Assembly (NCBI GenBank): GCA_964596175.1
Contig: CAZQTH010000007.1
Location: 1 to 45,372 of the forward strand
Reading direction: 5' to 3'
Origin: an uncultured Clostridium sp.
GTDB taxonomy: Bacteria; Bacillota; Clostridia; TANB77; CAG-508
DNA: 45,372 bases
This document shows, piece by piece, positions 22,229-31,668 of this stretch. A program made the translations under genes and the position numbers. The notes under the pieces were generated by a model. It did no database searches. It saw nothing but the letters and a program-made list of their open reading frames with translations, and was not told the DNA's origin. Position 1 is the stretch's first letter. Each line of letters opens with the position of its first letter.

Positions 22229-23134
22229 ATGGAAGAAGATAAAAGATATTGGATATGGTTTAGTTTAATAAAAGGTTTAGGGAATAAGAGAAAGCAAAAA
22301 CTATTAGAAATATATAAAAATCCTAAACGAATATATAACTTAAAAAGAAGTGAATTGTTAAAAGCATATGGATTGGGAAAGCAAACTGTAGATAACATTT
22401 TAGATGAAAACGTAAAAGAAGCGGTAGATAAGCATATTTCTTATATGTGGAAAAATAATGTTAAAATTATTACAATTGTGGATAAATTTTATCCACAGGC
22501 TTTAAAAGAAATATATGACCCACCAATTAGCTTATATGTAAAAGGAAATAAAGAAATATTAAATAACAAAGGATTAGCAATAATTGGATGTAGAGAGGCA
22601 AGTGAATATGGGAAAAAAGTAGCTAATTATTTTGGGTATAATTTATCTAAAATGGGTATAAATGTAATAAGCGGTTTAGCTAGGGGTGTGGATAGTTATT
22701 CACATATTGGAAATTGTTATAAACTTTTAGAAAATAATTATCAATGTGTGGAAAACTTAAGTAATTATGGAAAACCTATAGCTGTTGTTGGGAATGGATT
22801 AGATATGGTATATCCAAAAGAAAATAAGAAACTAGAGCAAAAAATAATAGAATTAGGTGGATGTATTATTTCTGAGTATCCAATAGGTACAAAGCCAAAT
22901 AAAATGCATTTCCCTGCACGAAATAGAATTATTAGTGGAATGTCAAGAGGAGTTCTGGTAATAGAAGCAAAAGAAAAAAGTGGAACATTAATAACAGTAG
23001 ATTTTGCATTAGAACAAGGAAAGGATGTATATGTAGTACCAGGTAATATAAATTCAATAAATTCAGTTGGAACAAATAATTTAATAAAAGAAGGGGCAAA
23101 ATTAGTTACTAATTATAAGGAAATAGAGATTTAA
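22229..23134 (+). CDS. dprA: DNA-processing protein A
   Basis: YDPPISLYVKG, SGLARGVD, SEYP, FPARNRIISG, SGTLIT; AAGGAGG RBS supports ATG 22229. Confidence 0.95.
   Translation: MEEDKRYWIWFSLIKGLGNKRKQKLLEIYKNPKRIYNLKRSELLKAYGLGKQTVDNILDENVKEAVDKHISYMWKNNVKIITIVDKFYPQALKEIYDPPISLYVKGNKEILNNKGLAIIGCREASEYGKKVANYFGYNLSKMGINVISGLARGVDSYSHIGNCYKLLENNYQCVENLSNYGKPIAVVGNGLDMVYPKENKKLEQKIIELGGCIISEYPIGTKPNKMHFPARNRIISGMSRGVLVIEAKEKSGTLITVDFALEQGKDVYVVPGNINSINSVGTNNLIKEGAKLVTNYKEIEI
22387..22755. promoter_or_regulatory. DnaA-box cluster inside dprA
   Basis: Consensus TGTGGATAA 22477, TTATCCACA 22489, TTATTCACA 22696; one-mismatch boxes at 22387, 22446, 22687, 22747. Confidence 0.65.
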
Positions 23135-23234
23135 AATGAAAAATAAAAACTCAAGAAAATATAAAAATATACCTAAAATAAAATTGTTGCAATAAAATTT
23201 TGAATGGAGACAGTCAAATTTTTTTAAAAAACTA

Positions 23235-23263
23235 TTGACAATTATTTAAAAATAGTTTATACT
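23235..23263 (+). promoter_or_regulatory. sigmaA promoter of tRNA pair
   Basis: TTGACA-17-TATACT. Confidence 0.85.
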
Positions 23264-23290
23264 TTAATCTGTGCTAAGTAAACAGCACAT

Positions 23291-23367
23291 GCTCCCTTAG
23301 CTCAGTTGGTCAGAGCAACTGGCTCATAACCAGTGGGTCCAAGGTTCGAATCCTTGAGGGAGCACCA
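23291..23367 (+). tRNA. tRNA with CAT anticodon, most likely tRNA-Ile2
   Basis: Cloverleaf GCTCCCT/AGGGAGC, loop CTCATAA, GTTCGAA, CCA end; the CTCATAA loop resembles Firmicute Ile2 rather than elongator Met. Confidence 0.9.
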
Positions 23368-23379
23368 TTTTTTATATAA

Positions 23380-23465
23380 GGGTAGGTGGCCGAGTGGCTA
23401 AAGGCGGCAGACTGTAAATCTGTTCTCATTTGAGTACGAAGGTTCGAATCCTTCCCTGCCCACCA
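23380..23465 (+). tRNA. tRNA-Tyr(GTA)
   Basis: GGGTAGG/CCTGCCC acceptor stem, loop CTGTAAA, long variable arm, CCA end. Confidence 0.95.
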
Positions 23466-23480
23466 TTAAAGAAATGGTTG

Positions 23481-23519
23481 TAAATAGCTTGTATCCAAGG
23501 ATACAGGCTATTTATTTTT
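23481..23519 (+). terminator. Terminator after tRNAs
   Basis: TAAATAGCTTGTATCC / GGATACAGGCTATTTA plus T tract. Confidence 0.8.
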
Positions 23520-23604
23520 GCTAATAATAAATTTTAATATAAATAGAATAGTTCATAAATTTACTAAGAGAGGATGCCATTTCATTTAGAGGGAAAATTA
23601 ATTA

Positions 23605-23638
23605 GTTCATTTAAAATTCATAATTAGTGTAGTATAAT
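23605..23638 (+). promoter_or_regulatory. OmpR-type direct repeat and -10 box
   Basis: GTTCAT at 23605 and ATTCAT at 23616 (11-bp period) upstream of TATAAT 23633. Confidence 0.45.
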
Positions 23639-23655
23639 AATAAAGAGGTAGTTAA

Positions 23656-24336
23656 ATGTTTAATATATTAGTAGTAGAAGATGATAAAAATCTAAGAAAA
23701 TTAATATCAACTTGTTTAAAAAAGAATAATTATAATGCATATGAAGCTATTAGTGGAAATGAAGCTTTAAAGATATTAGATGAAAATTATATTGATTTAA
23801 TAATAAGTGATATTCTAATGCCAGAAATGGACGGATTTGAACTTATAAAAGAATTGAGAGAAGCTAAATATAAAATACCTATTTTATTGGTAACAGCTAA
23901 AGGAGATATAGAAGATAAAAAAGAAGGCTTTTTACTTGGAGCAGATGACTATATGGTAAAACCAATAAATATGGAAGAACTTATTTTGCGAGTAAAAGTA
24001 CTTTTGAGAAGATGTCAAAGTACCAATGAAAGAAAAATAAGAATAAGAGATTTAGTTCTTGATTATGACCAGTTGAGTGTTACTAAAAAGAAAAAAGAAT
24101 ATATTCTTGCCCAAAAAGAATTCCTATTATTGTATAAACTATTGAGTGTACCTGATACTATATTTACACGACAAGAGTTAATGGAAGAAATATGGGGCCT
24201 AGAAAGTGAATCAGATTATAGAACAATTGATGTACACATAAAAAGAATTAGAGAGAAAATGCATGATGTAAATGAATTTGAAATTGTTACAATTAGAGGC
24301 GTCGGATACAAAGCTATAATACATGAGAAGGAGTAA
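23656..24336 (+). CDS. OmpR-family response regulator (HssR-like)
   Basis: ILVVEDD, DILMP, GADDYMVKP, RTIDVHIKRIR winged helix. Confidence 0.92.
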   Translation: MFNILVVEDDKNLRKLISTCLKKNNYNAYEAISGNEALKILDENYIDLIISDILMPEMDGFELIKELREAKYKIPILLVTAKGDIEDKKEGFLLGADDYMVKPINMEELILRVKVLLRRCQSTNERKIRIRDLVLDYDQLSVTKKKKEYILAQKEFLLLYKLLSVPDTIFTRQELMEEIWGLESESDYRTIDVHIKRIREKMHDVNEFEIVTIRGVGYKAIIHEKE

Positions 24337-24338
24337 AT

Positions 24339-25454
24339 ATGTTACAAAAAATTATAGGAAAGAAAAATTCTATACAAAGAGGACTAATTTATGCAGTTAT
24401 AGTTATTATTTTATTTGCAGAGATTATATCATTAATTGAAATCGGTATATTTTTTAATAATAAAGAGATTTTAGTTAGTTTAACTTCAAGAGACTTAGCA
24501 AATGAAATAAGCTCTGAATATTTAAATAAAGTTGTTAAAACAGCTGCTTTAATAGGAATATTTAATGTAGTATTAGTTGTATGTATTCTTGTAGGAATAT
24601 TTAGTAGGAAAATGCTTATACCGATACAAAAACTCAGTGAAGCTACTAAAAAGGTTGCATCTGGAGATTTTAATATAAAACTAGAGACTAAAAGAGAAGA
24701 TGAAATAGGAGAGCTTACTAATAACTTTAATAAAATGGTTGAAGATTTGAAAAGTATAGAAAATCTGCAAAAAGAATTTATAGATAATGTATCGCATGAA
24801 ATAAAAACTCCAATAACTTCAATACAGGGATTTGCAGAATTATTAGAAGATGATAATATAACTAAAGAAGAAAGAATAGAATATGCAAAAATTATAAGAG
24901 AAGAAAGTCAAAGGATTTCAAAATTATCAACAAATATGCTTAAACTTTCTAAATTACAAAATCAAAATAGGATAACAAACAAAGAACAAGTAGATTTAGC
25001 AGAGCAAATAAGAAAAGCTATTTCACTTTTAGAGCCTAAGTGGAAAGAAAAAAATATAACCTTTAATATAAGTATGGAAGAAAAATATTTTTATGGAGAT
25101 GAAGATTTAATATTTCAGGTTTTTGTTAACTTGATAGATAATGCCATAAAATTTTCAAATCAAGACGGTAGTATAGATATTAGTTTAGTGGAAAAAGAAA
25201 ATTGGATTAATATTAAAATAAAAGATAATGGAATAGGTATAGAAAAAGAACAACTTGAGAAAATATTTACTAGATTCTATCAAATAGATAAATCACATTC
25301 AGAAGAAGGAAGTGGATTAGGACTTGCAATTGTAAAAAGAATTATAGAATTATGCAAAGGTGAAATTAAAATAGAAAGTAAAAAAGATGTTGGAACTATA
25401 ATAAATATAAAATTACCTATCGAAAAAGAAACAAATGAAGTATTGATTGAATAA
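24339..25454 (+). CDS. HAMP sensor histidine kinase (HssS-like)
   Basis: 2 TM helices, HAMP, SHEIKTP, NLIDNAIKF, DNGIG, GSGLGL. Confidence 0.92.
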   Translation: MLQKIIGKKNSIQRGLIYAVIVIILFAEIISLIEIGIFFNNKEILVSLTSRDLANEISSEYLNKVVKTAALIGIFNVVLVVCILVGIFSRKMLIPIQKLSEATKKVASGDFNIKLETKREDEIGELTNNFNKMVEDLKSIENLQKEFIDNVSHEIKTPITSIQGFAELLEDDNITKEERIEYAKIIREESQRISKLSTNMLKLSKLQNQNRITNKEQVDLAEQIRKAISLLEPKWKEKNITFNISMEEKYFYGDEDLIFQVFVNLIDNAIKFSNQDGSIDISLVEKENWINIKIKDNGIGIEKEQLEKIFTRFYQIDKSHSEEGSGLGLAIVKRIIELCKGEIKIESKKDVGTIINIKLPIEKETNEVLIE

Positions 25455-25462
25455 GGGGAATT

Positions 25463-26230
25463 ATGTTTAAAGATAAAAAAATTTATTATTATAAAACATT
25501 TAAAGATGATTTAGTAAAAAGCAAAAATCAAGATTATAGGTTAAAAGATGATTATAAATGGATACATGACAATTGGTTTTATAAAATATGTTCAAAAATA
25601 GTGTATATGTTAGCATATGTTATTGGAATTTTTTATTATAAATTTGTTTTACATGTAAAAATAGAAAATAGAAATCTATTAAAAAAATATAAAAATCAAG
25701 GATATTTTCTATTTGGAAACCATACACAACCAATTGGAGATATTTGCATTCCAGCTTTTGCTTGTAAAAATAAAAGGATATATGTTGTAGTAAGTCCGTC
25801 AAATTTGGGAGTTGCTGGAATTGGTCTATTACTTCCAATGCTAGGAGCATTACCTATACCAAGTTCAGTTAAAGGAAATGAAAAATTGTTTAATGCAATA
25901 GTAAGACGTATAAAAGAAAAAAAATGTGTTGTAATATATCCAGAAGCACATGTATGGCCATATTATACAAAAATAAGACCATTTCCAAAAACATCATTTA
26001 AATATCCTGTTTATTGTAATGCTGTATCATTTTGCATGACGACTACTTATTATAAAAGAAAATTTGGAAAGAAACCAGGAATAAAAGTATTTATAGATGG
26101 ACCATTTACTATAGATAAGAATTTGAATAAGAGAGAAAATGAAGAAAAAATTCATAAAGAAATATATGAATGTATGGTAAAAAGAAGCAAAAATAGTACA
26201 TATGAATATATAAAGTATGAAAAGGGGTAA
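25463..26230 (+). CDS. PlsC-like lysophospholipid acyltransferase
   Basis: NHTQPIGD and IYPEA motifs. Confidence 0.75.
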   Translation: MFKDKKIYYYKTFKDDLVKSKNQDYRLKDDYKWIHDNWFYKICSKIVYMLAYVIGIFYYKFVLHVKIENRNLLKKYKNQGYFLFGNHTQPIGDICIPAFACKNKRIYVVVSPSNLGVAGIGLLLPMLGALPIPSSVKGNEKLFNAIVRRIKEKKCVVIYPEAHVWPYYTKIRPFPKTSFKYPVYCNAVSFCMTTTYYKRKFGKKPGIKVFIDGPFTIDKNLNKRENEEKIHKEIYECMVKRSKNSTYEYIKYEKG

Positions 26231-27083
26231 GAAAATGAACATTTTGTATTGTGGGGATGAAAATATTGAAAATGGATTAGTAATTTCTGTACTTTCACTA
26301 TTGAAAAATGTAAAAGAAGAACTACATATTTATGTATTAACCATGAATATGGAAACTGAAAGCAAAAAATATAAAGAAATTTCAAATTCTATTATTGACT
26401 ATCTGGAAAAAAAGGTAAAAGAAGTAAAAAAAGAAAATGATATAAAAAAAATTAATATTACAGATATGTTTAAAAAAGAACCCCCAGTAAAAAATATGGA
26501 AACTAGATTTACACCATACTGTATGCTTCGCTTATTTGTAGATGAAATTACACAGATAAATGACAGAATACTTTATTTAGATACAGATGTTATATGCAGG
26601 AAAGACTGTAGTAAGTTTTATAATCAAGATTTACAAAATTATGAATTAGTAGGAGTATTAGACCATTATGGGAAATGGTTCTTTAGAAATAATATATTTA
26701 AAATGGATTATATAAATTCAGGAGTATTATTGATTAATTTAGATAAAATTAGAAAAACAGGATTATTTAGAAAATGTAGAGAGCTATGTAAAAATAAAGA
26801 AATGTTTATGCCAGATCAATCTGCAATAAATAAGCTTACAAAATTTAAGAAAATTGAGAATAGAAAATATAATGAACAAAGAAAATTACACAAAGATACA
26901 ATTTTTCAACACTTTACAACAAGTTTTAGATTTTTTCCATTTTTTCATGCACTTACAATTAAACCATGGAACATAGATAGAGTTCATAATGAATTAAAAA
27001 TTTATGAATATGATGATATATTAGAAGAATATAAAAACATTATGCAAAAAATGCAACTTGTAGAAGAGGAGGTAGAATTATGA
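26217..27083 (+). CDS. Glycosyltransferase family 8
   Basis: RLF, YLDTD, YINSGVLL, PDQ; true start may be ATG 26235. Confidence 0.85.
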   Translation: MKRGKKMNILYCGDENIENGLVISVLSLLKNVKEELHIYVLTMNMETESKKYKEISNSIIDYLEKKVKEVKKENDIKKINITDMFKKEPPVKNMETRFTPYCMLRLFVDEITQINDRILYLDTDVICRKDCSKFYNQDLQNYELVGVLDHYGKWFFRNNIFKMDYINSGVLLINLDKIRKTGLFRKCRELCKNKEMFMPDQSAINKLTKFKKIENRKYNEQRKLHKDTIFQHFTTSFRFFPFFHALTIKPWNIDRVHNELKIYEYDDILEEYKNIMQKMQLVEEEVEL

Positions 27084-28036
27084 TAGAAAAAGAAATACCA
27101 ATATTTTTTACGATAGATAATAGCTATGCTCCATATTTAAGTGTTGCAATTCAGTCAATTATAGAAAATGCATCAAGCAAATATAATTATAAAATTTTTA
27201 TTTTACATCAGGAATTAAGCCAAGAAAATATAAAAAAGCTCAAATCTTTAGAAAAGGATAGATTTGAAATCGAGTTTAGATATATGAAAGATGGGCTTGA
27301 AACTATTACAGATAGAGTAGAAAATAGACTAAGATGTGATTATTTTACACTTACAATATATTTTAGACTATTTATTCCAGATATGTTTCCTGAATATGAT
27401 AAAGGAATTTATATTGATAGTGATATAGTAGTAAGAGGTGACATTTCAGAACTTTATAATATAGAATTAGGAAATAATCTTATAGGAGCATGTGCAGATA
27501 AGTCAGTTGTTGACATTCCAGAACTTGCAAATTATATGGAAGAGGCTATAGGAGTAAATAGACATGAATATATAAACTCAGGAGTACTTTTAATGAATTT
27601 AAAAGCTATGAGAGAGAAAAAATTTAGTAATAGATTTTTAACACTTTTAAACAAATATCACTTTGATTGTGTTGCACCAGATCAAGATTATTTAAATGCA
27701 ATGTGTAATGGTAAAATATTATATATAGATAATACATGGGATGCTATGCCAACAGAGGGAAAAGAGCCTTTGTCCAATCCAAAATTAATACATTATAATC
27801 TTTTCCAAAAACCATGGTGTTATGAAAATATACAATATGAAGATTATTTTTGGGATTATGCAAAAAAAAGTACATATTATAATGAAATAATTGAAAACAA
27901 AAATAATTATTCAGATGAGCAAAAACAATCAGATGGAGAATGCTTAGAAAGATTAGTTAGCAGAGGAGGTAAAATGGCAGAAAATGATATTACGTTTAAA
28001 AAGTTAATGGAAAAAGGGGAGCAAATACGCATATGA
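27080..28036 (+). CDS. Glycosyltransferase family 8
   Basis: YFRLFIP, YIDSD, YINSGVLL, DQDYLN, IHY..KPW. Confidence 0.9.
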   Translation: MIEKEIPIFFTIDNSYAPYLSVAIQSIIENASSKYNYKIFILHQELSQENIKKLKSLEKDRFEIEFRYMKDGLETITDRVENRLRCDYFTLTIYFRLFIPDMFPEYDKGIYIDSDIVVRGDISELYNIELGNNLIGACADKSVVDIPELANYMEEAIGVNRHEYINSGVLLMNLKAMREKKFSNRFLTLLNKYHFDCVAPDQDYLNAMCNGKILYIDNTWDAMPTEGKEPLSNPKLIHYNLFQKPWCYENIQYEDYFWDYAKKSTYYNEIIENKNNYSDEQKQSDGECLERLVSRGGKMAENDITFKKLMEKGEQIRI

Positions 28037-28890
28037 TAATAGGTGGAAGCAAAGAAAAAGTTATTGAAAATATAGAAAAAGCAATAGAAGAAAAAAAATA
28101 TAACGAAAAAGTAGAAATTGGAGACCCAAATATAACACCAAAAAGAGAAGAAGAACTTATTAAAAAATATTTTGAAAGTCAAGATAAATTATCATATAAA
28201 ATAAAAACTAAAATGGCAGAAATGGTAATATCATTTGGAACAGCAGTACTTAATTATGATACTAAAATTGTAGGATTAGAAAATATTGAAGGAACAAAAA
28301 CTGGTGCTATGATAACAAGTAACCATTTTAATCCTTTAGATAATTTAATTATACACAAATTAATAAGAAAAGTGGGTAAAAAAAGAGCATATATTGTTAG
28401 CCAAGTTTCTAATTTGGATATGAAAGGTCCTATTGGTTTTATGATGAATTATTCAAATATCATACCTTTAAGCAAACAAGTCGGATTTATGAAAAGAGAT
28501 TTTTCAAAGCTAATAAAAAATAAATTAGAAGATAAAGAGTATATATTAATTTATCCAGAAGAAGAAATGTGGTTTAATTATAGAAAACCTAGACCATTAA
28601 AGCAAGGTGCATATTATTTTACGGCCAAAAACAATGTACCAATTATATCATGTTTCGTAGAGATGATTGATACCGATAAGGTTGATAATGATGAATTTTA
28701 TAAAGTAAAATATGTACTACATGTTTTGCCTACAATATATCCAGATTCTAATAAATCTGTGAAAGAAAATAGTATTGAAATGATGAAAAAAGATTATGAA
28801 CAAAAAAAGAAAGCATATGAATATGCTTATAACAAAAAATTAGATTATACTTTTACAATAGATGATATTGCTGGTTGGAGAAATATATAA
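28033..28890 (+). CDS. PlsC-like lysophospholipid acyltransferase
   Basis: NHFNPLD (HX4D), IYPEE, KQGA. Confidence 0.8.
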   Translation: MIIGGSKEKVIENIEKAIEEKKYNEKVEIGDPNITPKREEELIKKYFESQDKLSYKIKTKMAEMVISFGTAVLNYDTKIVGLENIEGTKTGAMITSNHFNPLDNLIIHKLIRKVGKKRAYIVSQVSNLDMKGPIGFMMNYSNIIPLSKQVGFMKRDFSKLIKNKLEDKEYILIYPEEEMWFNYRKPRPLKQGAYYFTAKNNVPIISCFVEMIDTDKVDNDEFYKVKYVLHVLPTIYPDSNKSVKENSIEMMKKDYEQKKKAYEYAYNKKLDYTFTIDDIAGWRNI

Positions 28891-28934
28891 TTAAATCCCA
28901 TAGATAATAAGTTAGATTTATCTGTGGGATTTAA
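28891..28934. terminator. Bidirectional terminator
   Basis: TTAAATCCCATAGATAA / TTATCTGTGGGATTTAA between convergent genes. Confidence 0.75.
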
Positions 28935-28950
28935 TTATTATTTAGAACTT

Positions 28951-30183
28951 TTAAATTGTAACAATTTTTTTAGTAAAATCTAAATTATTACAAGAATCGA
29001 AAGTGTAACCAATTGTATAAACATTAGTTGCAAAAATGTCTTTATCAAGCATAAGCTTTAAATTCTTGTTAGAAGAATTATTAGAAAAACGCTTTACTGA
29101 AGTAATTATTTCAAGTTTAGGATTAGCTTTAGCAATCTCTGAAATTAAAAACTTACCTCTTTTATTTAAACCTAGAACTCTAACATAAGGATTAACTTTT
29201 TTAGATAAAGCCATATCTTTTTTAGTAATTCCAAGTAAAGAATATAACAGAATTCTTTGTAATCGTGTAGTTGTATATCTTTTTGATTTTATAAGTGTTA
29301 AAAACTCTTGGATGGTATTACAAGCATTAGCAGTTTTTTTAATAGAAAATTCTAAACCTTCTGTAACATCTGGAAGTTCAGCAATTTCATCAGTAGACAT
29401 TTTTCTTAAATTATAAATAATTTGTTTTTCAAAAACAGATAAATCAGTAATAGCATGTCCTTGTTTAATATTATCTATTAAAATACCAAAACTAGCAGGT
29501 GGAAGTAAGTTTCTTAAAATATCAAAACCACCATTTTTAATAATATTTCTAATAGCAGTGGCACTAGCAATGTTTCCAGAATAACTTAAATTATTGTAAC
29601 CAGCCTCAAATCTTGTAATAGAAATAGGTTTAATCTTACTTTTGTATTTTTTCAAACTTTTTAAATATTCAATTCCTAAAATATTATTAGGAGAAGAAAG
29701 GATATCTGAATAATTTTTTTCATTATTTAAATATATTGCCAAAGCATTTTCACGTGCCTTAGGAAAAGACATACCTTTTTTTAATTCATTAAATAATATA
29801 TTTTTAAAATCTTTAGGTTCTTTATATAATACATCAGCAATTTTATCTAAGACTTCAATATCAGAAGTTTCGGCACCAAAAGAAAGATAGTCTACAATTT
29901 TAAGAGAGTCCAAAATATGAACAGCACCTTCTGCAAAGTTTTCAGCACTAGATGTAGCATAAAGTACAGGTAATTCTATAACTAAATCAACACCACAATT
30001 TAAGGCTGCTTGAGCTCTTGACCATTTGTCAATAATAGCAGTATTTCCACGCTGAGTAAAATTGCCACTCAATATAGCAATAGTATAATTAGAGCCAGTC
30101 ATTTTCTTAGACTGTTCTAAATGATATAAATGTCCATTGTGAAATGGATTGTATTCACATATAATACCCAAAACTTTTCCCAT
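28951..30183 (-). CDS. tmcAL: tRNA(Met) cytidine acetate ligase (YlbM/TmcAL family)
   Basis: GIICEYNPFHNGH, SGNFTQRG, PNNILGIEY, SATAIR. Confidence 0.9.
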   Translation of the reverse strand: MGKVLGIICEYNPFHNGHLYHLEQSKKMTGSNYTIAILSGNFTQRGNTAIIDKWSRAQAALNCGVDLVIELPVLYATSSAENFAEGAVHILDSLKIVDYLSFGAETSDIEVLDKIADVLYKEPKDFKNILFNELKKGMSFPKARENALAIYLNNEKNYSDILSSPNNILGIEYLKSLKKYKSKIKPISITRFEAGYNNLSYSGNIASATAIRNIIKNGGFDILRNLLPPASFGILIDNIKQGHAITDLSVFEKQIIYNLRKMSTDEIAELPDVTEGLEFSIKKTANACNTIQEFLTLIKSKRYTTTRLQRILLYSLLGITKKDMALSKKVNPYVRVLGLNKRGKFLISEIAKANPKLEIITSVKRFSNNSSNKNLKLMLDKDIFATNVYTIGYTFDSCNNLDFTKKIVTI

Positions 30184-30271
30184 GACTTAATTCCTTTCTT
30201 GTATATTTTTATAATTATTGTTATAATATTACCATAAAATGGACAAAAAAACAATGGAAAGGCTGATAAAT

Positions 30272-30703
30272 ATGGAAAAAGTAACAATTTATACAGATGG
30301 AGCTTGCTCTGGTAACCCTGGACCAGGAGGATGGGGAGCAGTATTAATCTATAATGAAAATAGAAAAGAAATATCTGGAGGGGAAAAGAATACAACAAAC
30401 AATGTAATGGAGTTAACAGCAGTAATAGAAGCTTTAAAATTATTAAAATACCCTTGTGAGGTTGATTTGTATAGTGATAGTGCGTATGTAGTAAACTCAT
30501 TTAAACAGGGTTGGATTTATAATTGGGTAAAAAATAATTGGAAAACAGCATCAAAAGAACCAGTGAAAAATAAAGAAATATGGGAAGAATTATATAATTT
30601 AACAAAAATACATAAAGTTAATTTTATAAAAGTAAAAGGTCATAGTGATAATGAATTAAATAATAGATGCGATGAACTTGCAAGAAATGCGATAAAAGAG
30701 TAA
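30272..30703 (+). CDS. rnhA: Ribonuclease HI
   Basis: [43 protein letters not shown]. Confidence 0.95.
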   Translation: MEKVTIYTDGACSGNPGPGGWGAVLIYNENRKEISGGEKNTTNNVMELTAVIEALKLLKYPCEVDLYSDSAYVVNSFKQGWIYNWVKNNWKTASKEPVKNKEIWEELYNLTKIHKVNFIKVKGHSDNELNNRCDELARNAIKE

Positions 30704-30738
30704 GATATATTACATTTTTATTACATTATGCAAAAATA

Positions 30739-30767
30739 TTGAAAAATTTTGTCTATTTAAGTATAAT
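30739..30767 (+). promoter_or_regulatory. sigmaA promoter
   Basis: TTGAAA-17-TATAAT, about 90 nt upstream of 30865. Confidence 0.55.
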
Positions 30768-30864
30768 AAAAATGTATAATATTGAAATAAGATAATCGCA
30801 ATATTACCGACTTTAGATGGTGTAAAGTTTCACCTAAAGAAAATACTTTGCTAAGGAGGAGCAT

Positions 30865-31662
30865 ATGGATACTTTTGCAGATTATATATTAAAAGAAACA
30901 AGTTTGGCTTCAAAAATGGAAATAGTATATTATTTATCCAAAAAAAATAAAATATTTTTTGACAAATCTGTTGTATTTAAAACAGAAATTGCAAGAATGT
31001 TTTTAGATTATTCAAAAATAGAGGTTGATAAAAATCTAGTATTAACAGCATGTTTACTTTGCAATGTGAAAAAAGTTGATAATGCTCAAGATATAGAAAG
31101 TATACGTACATATGCAAAAAGAGGAGCAGAGTATTTAGCAACAATTGGTTTTGGTAAGAGGTTTTGTAAAATATGTGAAGAGGTAAATCGTTATAGTAAT
31201 AGTAATCCAAGAGAAAGAGAAAGTGACATTTTAGAATTAGTAGATCAATTTGGAGGTATGCTTTTAGATAGACCAGAAAGAATTGGATTTAAACCAGACG
31301 AAGCATTAGTACTTTTAGAACATAGGAACTTAAAAGATGAATATAATCGTTACATGGAAACATTTATAGACTTTGTAAATTTTATGGAAGAGATAAATAT
31401 TAGCGAGTTAGTTAATATGACAGCAATAAATAGATTAGTAAAAATATATAATGAAACAGATGGATTAATTAATTTTATAAAGGAAATGGTTTATAATTAT
31501 GAACCTAAAGTTGATAAATTAATGGAAAAACAAAAAATTAAAATATCAACTGAAATGTTTGAAGATTCAGACAATCCTAATAGACCATTATTTAGTGAAA
31601 AAACAGCTAAGAAAATAATGACACATTTAGGTGAAGGAATAGGAGATAAAATAGAGGAGTAA
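30865..31662 (+). CDS. Degenerate HD/HD-GYP-like domain protein
   Basis: ACLLCNVKK aligns with ALLHDIGK; GAEYL; ILELVDQFGGMLLDRPER resembles IxAVADxFDAMTSDRPYR. Confidence 0.5.
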   Translation: MDTFADYILKETSLASKMEIVYYLSKKNKIFFDKSVVFKTEIARMFLDYSKIEVDKNLVLTACLLCNVKKVDNAQDIESIRTYAKRGAEYLATIGFGKRFCKICEEVNRYSNSNPRERESDILELVDQFGGMLLDRPERIGFKPDEALVLLEHRNLKDEYNRYMETFIDFVNFMEEINISELVNMTAINRLVKIYNETDGLINFIKEMVYNYEPKVDKLMEKQKIKISTEMFEDSDNPNRPLFSEKTAKKIMTHLGEGIGDKIEE

Positions 31663-31668
31663 AAATAG

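Noticed and set aside
22387-22755. DnaA boxes as oriC
   Set aside because: They are intragenic, dnaA/dnaN are absent, and gene orientation does not switch around the site.
23291-23367. CAT tRNA as initiator Met or as a frameshift-suppressor tRNA
   Set aside because: It has a paired G1-C72, lacks the three G-C anticodon-stem pairs, and has a normal 7-nt anticodon loop.
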